64,000 nt of DNA from Octopus vulgaris. Taxonomy: Eukaryota. Shown here piece by piece: positions 52,770-64,000 of this stretch. The notes below the pieces were generated by a model. The model was not told the origin of the DNA, searched no databases, and worked only from the letters and a program-made list of their open reading frames with translations. The number at the start of each line of letters is the position of its first letter. The first letter of the stretch is position 1. Where the stretch lies: positions 117,862,001-117,926,000 of the forward strand of contig OX597823.1 in the NCBI GenBank assembly GCA_951406725.2. The letters are read 5' to 3'. The position numbers and the translations under genes are program-made.

Positions 52770-52985
52770 AGGAGGTGCTGAAAAGTTCTTGGCTTTAAGG
52801 GTATCGTGAAAGGCCTGGTTGGAGGCCCAATCTTCCAAGTTTTTTTTATGGGCTTAGAAAAACTGAAGGACCATTGAAATAAGTGTGTGAATCTGAGAGG
52901 GGAATATGTTGAATAAAATCATGATTCACTGATTCCCTCTGTATTTTCTTTTACCCACAGCCAGCACCTTTCGGCACCATGTGCA
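52768..52985 (+). mobile_element. Non-autonomous mariner derivative
   Basis: TIR-like ggtgctgaaaagttcttggct / agccagcacctttcggcacc. Retains the transposase end GLEKLKDH*NKCVNLRGEYVE*. Confidence 0.8.
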
Positions 52986-55101
52986 CGTACGTATATTTAA
53001 GTTGCAATATATGGATTCAAGTAATCTGGTAGTACTCATAAAAAAGCTCCTTAATGTATCATACAACAAAATATATATATATATAATATAACACAATACA
53101 AGAGAAAACGATAAGGAGTGTATAAAGCCACAAATGACAGAGAAATTGTTTGATGAAATTTCATCAACCATTTCTCTAAATGACTGTCTGTGTGTGAGAA
53201 AGAGAGAGAGAGGATACATGATTACCATCTGGATAGTTAAGTTATACAAGAAAAGTCATACCCAATGACTGGTGTAGTAGTACCATCATTAACTGCTACT
53301 AAAGCAAAGGAGATGCCTTAGAAGGAAGAAGTTTTAGGGAAATCAAACAACTGGAACAGGTTATGAAGGTTACAGGGAGAGTCAGAGCACAATTGATTCA
53401 TGAGAGTACACCTAGATGAGATGCAGTTTGGTTTCGTATCCACTACCCATCATCTCTCTCTCTCTAACCACAGATCTTCCTTGGTACCATTTATTTCATA
53501 CAACTCAGAACCATTTCACTTGTTATCCATCCGTTATCCATTAATGCTGTTCTCTGTACACACACACACACACTCCCCACTTCACCCTGATCTCCGCCAT
53601 CCCTACCCCACCCCCACTGAACCACCATATTACCTCGCCTCCTCCTCCACCACCATACATCTCTCACTCCATGAACTATGCCAGCCTCTCCATCCACCCC
53701 AACTCCTGCATTCTATCCAACCACATGTCATTTTACCCTGGCTACTACATCATCATTACTATTCTGCTGCTCTCCTCCCTTTCTTTTCTACACTGTCAGC
53801 CATTTTCTACTCACCCCTACCTCCCTAACTTATGCATCACTGCTCACTCCCCCCCCCATCTCTTACTAACCCTTCAACTCTACTCAATCTTTACAGTTGT
53901 CACCTCCCTCCACTCCCCTTATTCCCTTTCTCTCACTTCCTCATATAATCCTGCAATCTCCATCCACCCACACTCTTGGTTCTTCTGTTCCCATTCGTTT
54001 CAACTCACCTTGTACCTTAAGGGTCCAGCAAGATACCTCATCACTACTGTTTTTATCTCTTTCCAGATCCACCTAAGCACCCTTACCTCTCTTCTAAAAA
54101 TCTAACTTGTCAAGTAGCTCAAGTGGCTCCTCTGCAGCAAAAAGAAATTTTCTGTTCTAGGCCCTTCTTATACTCAAATGCATCATCTCCTGACATAAAG
54201 TTGCTTCCCTCAGGGTTTGTAACCTTGCAGATAACATGGCAACCTTATGAATACTGGTAATAAGAAAAAAAAACACACACAGCAAATGTTGTAAAGTGGT
54301 TGGCATTAGGAAGGGCATTGAACCATATAAACCATACCAAAGCTTTCATGGGGTATGACGCAGTCCTTGGATCCATCAGATCCTGTTAAACTGTCAAACC
54401 CATGCCAACATGATATATATACATACACACACACACATCACTTAGTAACTATAAGACCAGTAGAATACACAAAGTGATACCAAGTCACAGTCATACACAC
54501 ACTTGAAGTGGATGGTATCTCTAAAGCAGAGGTAGATAAGTACATTGTCACAATGCAAGCATAAATATATCCTAAGGCAATACACCACATTTATCATTTC
54601 AGCAATCTTAGCGACACGTATAACTGCACCAGCTTTGTCCAAAACTACTTCTAAGCTATGAAGTCAAGTGCATATGAGGTCGTAGACTTGATTGCCCTTT
54701 TCCAGTCATTCATTGCATAGCTCTACATAGGTTTGATACAAATAAAAAAAAACTTCAGATCATGTTTGAACAAGTTATACAAATAGATAAAAGAACATAA
54801 GAGAACATATGTGCATGAATCTGACGATAATTCTGTAATGTGCCAATCTAAGTATAATGTCGATGGAAAGGGTAAAGGCCAAATGACTCGCCTGATCAGG
54901 GCATAGTACTGTAATAACTCAATTAAAAAAATTCACTTGAAGAGAAAATATTTCAAAGAATTTCAGTAAAAGAGTTGGATATAAAACTGAATTTAATAGC
55001 AGTGACAAAAGTGAGAGATTAGCAATGAGAGAAAGAGTAACATGGCACCAGTTAATATATTCGACACTCACAGTTTGCGTTAGACCTAGCAGCCATCTCA
55101 C

Positions 55102-55247
55102 CTCGGCAATGTTGGAGATCTGTAGACATGGATATGGAAGGGATGTTAATTTTGTCAACATACTCAAGAGACCTGTCTTTCCAGGGTATTCGTTGTAAAT
55201 AACCATCAACAGTGGAGAAAATGAGATGATCTTGGTTACTTTGTAAG
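55102..55247 (-). CDS. RIC1: RIC1 exon ((C)LQSNQDHLIFSTVDGYLQRIPWKDRSLEYVDKINIPSISMSTDLQHCR)
   Basis: 146 nt, acceptor ttttaccag, donor gtgaga, phase 2/1. Matches [22 protein letters not shown]...PFSVDLQSSR. Confidence 0.9.
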
Positions 55248-55360
55248 CTGGTAAAATAAAAGAAAACAAATGGGAAATTGAAAGAAAATAAATTGAGAAT
55301 GGACACGTCATTGTTTTTATGATATTGTTATGTTGCAATGAAGCAAATCAATAAAGCACT

Positions 55361-55685
55361 GGCACTCTGTCAGTTATGATGACGAGGGTTCCAGCTGATC
55401 CAGTCAACAGAACAGCTAGCTTGTGACATTAATGTGCAATTGGCTGAGCCCTCCACAAACATGTGTACCCTTAACGTAATTCTCAGAAAAATTTAGCGGG
55501 ACACAGAATGTGACAAGGCTGGCCCTTTTGAAATGCGGGTACTACTCATTTTTACTAGCAGAGTGGACTGGAGCAACATGAAATAAAATGTCTTGCTCAA
55601 GGACACAATGCATCACCAGGAATTGAACTCATGACCTTACAATCGTAAACTGAATACCCTAACCACTAAGCCACGTGCCTTCACA
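55361..55685 (-). mobile_element. tRNA-derived SINE (another family)
   Basis: Minus strand ggcacgtggcttagtggttaggg (A box), gagttcaattcc (B box), tgtgtccttgagcaagaca. Confidence 0.78.
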
Positions 55686-56512
55686 GTAGAGCACTAGTCT
55701 AATCTTATATTCTGAGCTAAAATTCCACAAAGATCAGCTGTATTCTTTTATAAGTTGACTATATTTCACTGTATAGCATTTCTTTCCTTGTTTCAATGTC
55801 AGAATTAGTAGAGCTTCAGACAAAAGCCTTGTAGTATTTAGTTACATCCCACTACATTCCAATTTTAAATGCCACCAAGATAGATTTTTGCCTTTGATCC
55901 ATTCACAATTGACAAAATAGGAAACTGAGTGTTGTTGTCAACAATACTGTCCCCTAAAATTCGAGTCAGAGGACTTATATGAGAAAACATTATCCTTAAA
56001 AAAAGACTGATACTTTACCATCCTCCCACAAAAGGTTTCCTATATTATCAAGGATACCTAGCTGAACATGTTTTTATTTGCAATTTCATGGAACTTTATA
56101 GAAACAAATTTTTTTCAGTTCGCAGACATGGGAAATAAGCGGAAATTTCCCTTTGATTTTACATTGAGATTCGTGCTTATATATTCCAAGAACTATTTAA
56201 TTCCACAGACATTATTATATCCTTATCCATTGCTTTTTATTGTTTATAAGTCCAGGATTTTGTATTCAGACAGTTTTCAGTAGTTTTTAATTTTTACTGA
56301 GATGATTTTATTGATCAGATAGAATTGAAAAATCAATGTAGAAAACTTGAACATGTCTTTTAATGACAGCATCAATATAGTTACATCTATGTAAGAACAG
56401 CTACAATCTGAATCTTAATTCAAATTCCTAGAAGAAACTTTTGGAAATACATGAATATCAAAAATTCTTATTTCACCTTATCTAAGATATTTCAACTTTT
56501 ATGCCTCAAGTG

Positions 56513-56912
56513 TGATCATTGCCAGAGCAGCTAACCGGCTTCCATGCCAGTGGCATGTAAAAAGCACCAATCAAGCATGATCATTACCAGCGTCGCCTTA
56601 CTGGCAAGTGAAAAATCATTCGAGCGAGGTCGTTGCCAGTGCCGCTGGACTGGCTCCTGTGCAGGTGGCATATAAAAAACACCATTTGAGCGTGGTCATT
56701 GCCAGTACCGCTTGACTGGCCCTCGTGCTAGTGGCACATAAAAACACCCACTACACTCTCAGAGTGGTTGGCATTAGGAAGGGCATCCAGCTGTAGAAAC
56801 TCTGCCAGATCAGATTGGAGTCTGGTGCAGCCATCTGGTTCGCCAGTCCTCAGTCAATACGTCCAACCCATGCTAGCATGGAGAGCAGATGTTAAAGGAT
56901 GATGATGATGAT
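56513..56912 (+). mobile_element. Family C element
   Basis: Internal repeat units, conserved body and (GAT)n tail. Confidence 0.87.
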
Positions 56913-56984
56913 AGAAATTAATATTTTTTACAGCTATTATTATTATTATTATTGTTATTATTATTATTATTATCATTATTAAAA

Positions 56985-57453
56985 CGTAAGTGGTGAGCTG
57001 ACAGAATCACTAACATACCAAGCAAAATGCTTAGTGGCATTTCATCCATCTTTTTATTCTGAGTTCAAATTCCACAAAGATCAATTTTGCCTTTCATCCT
57101 TTCAAGGTTGATAAAATAGGTACCAGTTGAATGCTGGGGTCAAAGTAATCGACTTGCCCACTCTCCTGAAATTACTGGCCTTGTACCGAAATTTAAAGTT
57201 TGTTTTTTTATTATCATTATAGCTGGGCGAGCTAGCAGAATCGTTAGCACGCCGGGCAAAATGCTTAGTGGCATTTTGTCTGCCTTCACGTTCTGAGTTC
57301 AAATTCCACCGAGATCGACTTTGCCTTTCATCCTTTTGGGGTTGATTAAATAAGTACCAGTTATGCACTGGGGCCGATGTACTCAACTTAATCTTTTTGT
57401 TTATCCTTGTTTGTCCCCTCTATGTTTAGCCCCCTGTGGGCAATAAAGAAATA
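56985..57453 (+). mobile_element. Two tandem family A SINEs
   Basis: Heads at about 56990 and 57222, each with gagttcaaattcc and gcctttcatcctt. Confidence 0.82.
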
Positions 57454-57467
57454 AATATCAATAAATA

Positions 57468-58192
57468 ACGTAAAGTATACTTAATATGGCCAACCACTAG
57501 GGGTGGGGGGTGTTACTATAGCTTTTTAGCCCCAGGAGATCATCGTCTCCAGCTGGCTTTAGACACAATCCTGTGCCCTTTAATGATATTCGCAAAGGGA
57601 GGTCATCCCCTCTCGAAAAACCCAAGTGATACGCATGGACTGCAGTTTCGAGATTATTGTCTCTTGTCAACACACGCTAATCACGGGTTTTCGTTTGCGA
57701 ATATCTATTTAATGTTTTTCCCCAGTAACCACTGTCACTGATTTCGAAAAACGGTCTGAAAGCAATAATAAATCTCTGAACGAGATGTAAACAGTAAGCG
57801 CTCGACAACGTAAAGTATACTAGCCATCTTAATATGGCTAACCACTAGGAGTGGGGGGGGGTGTTACTGTAGCTTTTTAGCCCCAGGAGATCATCGTCTC
57901 CAGCTGGCTTTAGACACAATCCTGTACCCTTTAATGAAGAGACAATAATCTCGAAACTGCAGTCCATGCGTATCACTTGGGTTTTTCGAGAGGGGATGAC
58001 CTCCCTTTGCGAATATCATTAAAGGGCACAGGATTGTGTCTAAAGCCAGCTGGAGACGATGATCTCCTGGGGCTAAAAAGCTACAGTAACACCCCCCCCC
58101 CACTCCTAGTGGTTAGCCATATTAAGATGGCTAGTATACTTTACATTGTCGAGCGCTTACTGTTTACATCTCGCTCAGAGATTTATTATTGC
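57468..58192. mobile_element. Unclassified tandem-plus-inverted insertion with 12-bp TSD
   Basis: About 340-bp unit repeated (57468 and 57808), then inverted from about 57937. TSD tatcaataaata at 57456-57467 and 58193-58204. Confidence 0.8.
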
Positions 58193-58640
58193 TATCAATA
58201 AATAGTTTGAAGTAAAGATAAATGGGTAGACTATGTTTCCAAAGTTACAATAGGTCTTTTAACTATATCCTTAATATCTCAATTATCTTCTTCATCATCC
58301 TTATTATTATTAGAGATGTAAGTTGGCATAAACAGTAGAGCATCAGACCAAATGTTTTACAATATTAAATTACAACCTATGTTTTAAGATCAAATCCATC
58401 TCTAGTAGACTTTGCCTTCAATAATATAATTACTCAATATATAAATAAATATGCAATATATTCGATATATATAATATAAATCAATAATACAAGTCCTGGT
58501 AATAAATGGATGTTGATTCAATTAAATAAACACCTTCTTCAACAAAACCTCATTTAATCAGAAAACATTTTCTTAATAAGATAATTATTAGTTCAATGCC
58601 AAGGATGACTTTGAGAGAGAATATAAGAGAAGGTAGTTAC

Positions 58641-58748
58641 CATGTTATGTATGAGGAACATTGTAGTGTTGAGAGTAGAGAAAGTTCAATGGCAGGAACA
58701 CTGTCAGCCTCCAGAAGTCCATTGACATCTTGCTTTGGTACACAAAGT
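58641..58748 (-). CDS. RIC1: RIC1 exon (LCVPKQDVNGLLEADSVPAIELSLLSTLQCSSYIT)
   Basis: 108 nt open frame, acceptor atatgtag, donor gtaact. Phase 2/2 joins 55247 (tg+c=C). Aligns to [23 protein letters not shown]. Confidence 0.78.
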
Positions 58749-59438
58749 CTACATATAACAAATAAACAACAAAGGAAAATGATGAAAGACATTGATGCAT
58801 TATTGGTACGTTTTCATACATTTCAATTTTAATTTTTCATTACTCACACCCATATTTACTTGAAATCATTGTTACTGATTGGCTTATCATTAACTTCTAT
58901 ATGAACTGTTTTAAACTGCTCTGAGTTTCTGCAACGGCTTTTATTCCTGTATTGAATATGTCATACATGATATCCTATCTCACACAGTATGTGTTCAACC
59001 AATGTTAACCTAGACATTTCCCCTTTCAATAGAGTATTTTTGTTTTAAAAATACATTCTATTCTGATTTTTTGAGCATTTTAACTAACAAAATTTTGATA
59101 TTACATATCTATTATAATACCTGCAGAGGAAAAGAAGATCATTTGATTATTGAGTCATTTTTGATACTCCTCCTCATTTTGCCGCCATAGATTTTAAGAT
59201 TCATGTCCATACAGATAACTGATTAAATGCCTGAACTAAAAAAAACTGGTGGGACGTCTACAAGAAGGAATTAGTGTTTAAAGAAAAATTTCCACAATCT
59301 ACAATATATTCCTGAGAAACAATTATCCAGCCTGTCATATAAGACCTGTAACAAGTTTTAAGGATAGACTAGAAATTAAAGCACTTGTAATTTTGTGATT
59401 GCCTTAATGCAAGGATCTAATTGAAAAAAATATATAAA

Positions 59439-59821
59439 TCTCTCTATATATAAAGCTGAAGTTGTCTGTGTATGGCAGGTTTGGTAGCCTTCAACTAACA
59501 CTATCTCCTCCGAGACCCTGCAGCACAAGTTGACCAAAATTGAGAGTATGATAGAAGAAGGCTTGCTCTTCATTTCGTAGTAGATAAAATTCAAATCGGA
59601 CCATGTTAAGGCTAAAAATTATTTACATCAAAAAGGTGCTTTTTTTCTATGAAAATCCCTATTTTTTACAATTTTTTGACTGCTGTGTCGCCATTTTTCA
59701 GTGTATTTCAACCAGAAAAATATTCACTTAACAAGCTACATAATGCAAAATTTTTACTTTTCAAAAATTCCAATTCTTAAGGGTCGAAACAAACCCGAGC
59801 AACGCCGGGCGATACTGCTAG
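59439..59821 (+). mobile_element. Non-autonomous Helitron
   Basis: A|TC 5' end (tctctctatatataaa), 3' hairpin cccgagc-aac-gccggg (59794-59809), terminal CTAG|T, no TSD. Confidence 0.85.
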
Positions 59822-61892
59822 TAATTTTTAAAGCACAAAGTAAAACTGAAAACTGTATCTATGATATCCATACATTTTCAGAAGGTCTTACAGAAGGAAA
59901 TTCTCTCAGTTACATAGAACATTAAAAAAATTAATGAGAGAGGAAATATTAACATTAAGAATAGCCGAGCACAGAAGGTATGAAAAAAGAAATCATGTAC
60001 GAAATGTTCATTATAGACAAACAAATACGACAAATACAGGGGAAACTCAGAAAAATCAAAGATGCAGTCCATAGCATTTAGTGATAATATCTAGATACAA
60101 TGATAACTCATTTAGTAAGAAAAGCATTGATTTGGGGGTAAATATAGCTGCAATTAATAAAGCAATAAACATGAATAACATATTTGCAAAAAAAAGTGTT
60201 TTCTGATATTTTATTACTCAGTTAATTTGAGGCTAGAAAATCAAAACATGAAAAAGAAATTTTTTAATTAAAATTTTTTTGCAGCCTACTTTAACTAACA
60301 AAATATTATAATACATGCAGAGGAAAAGAAGATCATTTGATTATTGAGTCATTTTTGATACTCCTCCTCATTTTGCCGCCATAGATTTTAAGATTCATGT
60401 CCATACAAATAATTGATTAAATGCCTGTAACAAATATCACATGGTGATGTTTGTTACTCAAAATATCTTACTCTTATTTTGTATTCATAGCAAAAGGTAA
60501 CTGAAATTTATTAGAAAACTACAGACACCATACTTATGCAGCAATTTTGGACCAAGTGTTCAGAACTTAAATATTGTACTCTCTGGCGTTCAGTACTAAG
60601 ACTATTAGAAAATGTATCCCTACTTCTAAACATGGAATACTTAGAAAAAAAAGTATCCAACTCAATTTTAACAGGAATAAAAGCACATGATAAACAAAAG
60701 GAGAGAAGGGTAACTGATTCAAAGAAAAATAGGTTTAATTGTTGTTTTTTTTAACTGAACCAAATGTCTGCATAGGAAACAAAGATAAAATTAATCTGTT
60801 TCTACTGTACAGGTCAGAGTGACCAGGCTCTCTCAAGCAAAGGAGGAGAATCTTGCAGCTAAAACTCCAGAGCAAAGAGACAGTACACAGACAATTCTCT
60901 CAAGTAAAGTAAATTCATCTTACAATTAAGACCTTAGAGAAAAGAAAAGTAAAATTTGAAAACTTAGGACATTTACAACTAAGTTAGAACCAAGCCAAAC
61001 ATCAAGGTTTACACAGCCAGGTCAAAATCTTATGAGACATACCACTAAAAAAGTGAAATAAAGAAAAAGAACAGAGCAACCATTCAAGGAAAAAGAATAA
61101 AACTATTAAAGAACATTCAAAGAATGTACTCTGTGCTATGCCAACATAAAGCAGGGAGCCTCTTTGCTTCTGTCGGACCTTATTGCAAAGCATATCAATG
61201 GCTTACTGAACCAAAATCTCTGGGCTGCCTTGAGAGAAAGGTTAATCTTACTTCACTGCCAAAAATAGTTAAATATTTTTGATAATATTTAAATAGGAAA
61301 TAGGTTTATGAATATTTCTACAACAAAGTGTTGCAGCTTCTCTGGGTTGCAAAGTAATCAGAACTCCAGGAATTAGTCCCACATTCAATGCCCTGGGGAA
61401 TATCTGTCACATGATCAGATCACTACTTATAAGAGACAGTTCACCAGTGTTTGTTCAATTATTTCTATGATACAGAACATGAGCTTTTGAATCGTTTGTA
61501 CCATGCAAACTTTAATGCTAACACCTTGCAAGACCAGCAAGAAGACTTATATGCAAATTTTCCGACAGGTCTACCATTTTGTAAGACTTGCATCATATAT
61601 ATCATAACATACAAAGAAGGTGATATGACAGAATCAGGAGTGCATCACATAAACTGTTTAGTAGCATTTCTATCAGCTTTTTATGATCTGGGCTCAAATA
61701 CTGCTATGGTCAACTAACTTCACCTTCCACCGTTTCAGGATCAATAAAATAAGTTCCATTTAAGTGCTATGGTCAATTAAATCAATAGACCCTTCCCACT
61801 AAAATTACCAGCCTTGAGCCAAAATTTAAATCAGTTATTATAACATATATACATAAAGAACATCAAAGGTATATATATGTATATAACATATA

Positions 61893-63502
61893 CAGTGAGG
61901 GGAAATAAATACTCGGACATGTCAAAATTCTTTATATATCTAATTTCTAATGAACATAAATGGGATATACCAATACTATATTTGCATACACATGCATAAA
62001 CTAAGAATATGCAAAAGAAACTGATAAATTATAGTTACTAAGGAATTTATATACAATTATAAATATATAGGGGTGAAAAAAGTATTCGTACAGACCATAA
62101 ATAACTGATAATTCTGATTTAATACTTCGTAGCATAACCATTATTCAGTTCCACTTCAACCAATCTCTTCTTGTAGTTCTTAATCAATAACTTGCATGTT
62201 TCTTTAGGAATTTTTTCCCAGTCTTCTTGACAAATTTTCTTCAAATCAGGAATGCACGTTGGGGCTCTTGAATGAATTTTAATTTTCAAATAACGCCACA
62301 AATTTTCAATGGGGTTCAAGTCAGGTGACTCGCTTGGCCATTCTAATAATTTTATATTGTGATTGACACTCCATTTTTTGGTAGACTTCGCCATGTGCTA
62401 AGGGTCGTTATCCTGTTGTAAAACCCACCCTTCACAAAGCTGGAGCTTTTTTACAGAGTCCCATAAATTATTGTTCAAAATATTTTGGTACATCTCTGCA
62501 TTCATTCTACCATCTATCACATGTAAATTGCCAGTACCATTTGCAGAGAAACACCCCCACACCATGATGTTGCCACCTCCAAACTTTATGGTAGGAATTG
62601 TGCTTTTCGGCAAATAGGCAGTACCATCTTTTCTCTAAACATGGCTACGTGAATTTCTTCCAAACAATTCAATTTTCGACTCGTCTGTACATAAAGCAAT
62701 AAACACGTATCAGGTTTATCTTTATGTTCATAAACAAATTTTAAACGGGCATCTCTGTGCCTTTTAGTCAACAGCGGAGTTTTTCTAGGAGAGAGTGACT
62801 TCAGTTCATTTCTATGAAGTTCATTGCTGATTGTTCATAGTGTAACACTAGTCCCTAAAGCTAACAAATCTTCTTGCAACTCCTTTCTAGTGATCATTGT
62901 GTTTTTTTTTCGATTCTTCACTTCATTTTTCTTAAAGATCTAGGGGAAATCTTGCGTGGTGCACTGGATCTTATTCTGTTTTCAACAGTTCCTGATTTTT
63001 TATATCTTTGAATAAATGAAGATATGGTAGAAAATGGAATACAAAGGATCTCTGATATTTTCCTGCAACTTTTACCTGCTTTCCACTGTTCAATAATTAA
63101 GTTTTTCACTGTATTTGTGAGTTCTTTTCTTTTCCCCATTATTATGATACTACTTTATGTTGTCTCAGTGCTGAATGAAGAAGCTAGCATTTTAACACTT
63201 AAAAATGACAACTGATAAGATTATTGGAACAAACAAGAAAGTTCTATTAAAAAAAAATTATTTTAACAGTATTTTGTGGCTTAGAAAATCATAAATTTAT
63301 TCTGTACGAATACTTTTTTCACTCCTAAATATTTATGATTGTATATAAATTCCTTAGTTATTATAATTTATTAGTTTCTTTTGCATATTCTTAGTTTATG
63401 CATCTGTATGCAAGTATAGTATTGGTATATCCAATTTATGTTCATTAGAAATTAAATAAAGAAAGAATTTTGACGTGTACGAATATTTATTTCCCCCCAC
63501 TG
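61893..63502 (-). mobile_element. Full-length Tc1 (DD34E) transposon with long IR/DR-type TIRs and TA TSD
   Basis: TA|cagtgaggggaaataaata ... tatttatttccccccactg|TA. About 200-bp inverted repeats with an inner direct-repeat site (gggtgaaaaaagtattcgtacaga). Confidence 0.95.
62119..63139 (-). pseudogene. Tc1 transposase, disrupted by frameshifts and a stop
   Basis: MGKRKELT.. [39 protein letters not shown]; 34 residues between D and E. Confidence 0.93.
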
Positions 63503-63814
63503 TATACATAAAGACTACATCATTTTGAGCTTATTACTTCAGAATGATCCAACAACACAACACTGGCTCAACATCCTAAGAATTCAAAACACTGATGGAA
63601 TTGAATGTCCAACATCCTAAGAAGCATGCTGGAATTCGGTCTTCATTGTCATTCAACAGACCAAATTATGGAAAAGGCTTTATCAATTTGATTTGGTCCT
63701 CAGTGAGACATCTGTACTTTTTTATTTTACTGCATGCTAAATGACTCTTTTACTTTTTGCGAAAAATGAAAGTATCTTGCAGAAAATATGGTATAATAAA
63801 ATAACTATGCATGA

Positions 63815-64000
63815 GCGTGGCCATTGCCAGTACCACCTGACTGGCCCTCATGCTGGTGGCACGTAAAAGCACCCACTGCACTCTTGGAGTGGTTGGCATT
63901 AGGAAGGGCATCCACTGTAGAAATTCTTCCAGATCAGATTAGAGCCTAGTGCAGCCATCTGACTCGCCAGTCCTCAGTCAAACTGTTCAACCCATGCGAG
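63815..64000 (+). mobile_element. Family C element (runs off the window)
   Basis: ggcacgtaaaagcacccact...ggttggcattaggaagggcatcc...caacccatgc. Confidence 0.85.

Noticed and set aside
53400-54105. Long His/Pro/Leu-rich ORFs
   Set aside because: Pyrimidine-rich low-complexity sequence after a short RTE fragment; no domain.
56060-56067. GTATCCTT U12-like donor on the minus strand
   Set aside because: No upstream exon; the flanking RIC1 exons join correctly through U2 sites.
58749-64000. Further upstream RIC1 exons
   Set aside because: Candidate donors near 60470, 60920 and 61250 gave stops or the wrong phase; none could be supported.

Overview
AT-rich, repeat-dense eukaryotic DNA. It is most likely an octopus or other coleoid cephalopod genome; this is inferred from the repeat families and not checked. 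The window lies inside one large minus-strand gene, RIC1 (RAB6A-GEF subunit, KIAA1432/Rich). I traced 10 consecutive GT-AG exons between 58748 and 5648 with matching phases; the gene start and end were not found in the window. The introns carry CR1/L2-type and RTE LINE fragments, several tRNA-derived SINE families, TTAA-flanked MITEs, a degraded mariner, a nearly complete IR/DR Tc1 element, a non-autonomous Helitron and several Penelope-like pseudo-LTR remnants. The least ordinary signal is a set of hammerhead-ribozyme-like motifs. One is a near-canonical minimal type I hammerhead (31287-31353). One has a compensatory G3:C8 core swap (32751-32801). One is a strand-permuted hammerhead-like structure in the 3' UTR of a Hero-like non-LTR fragment (46391-46463). 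The copies on the RIC1 sense strand all look crippled. A 725-bp tandem-plus-inverted insertion with a 12-bp TSD (57468-58192) is unexplained. All calls were made by eye with no database searches.
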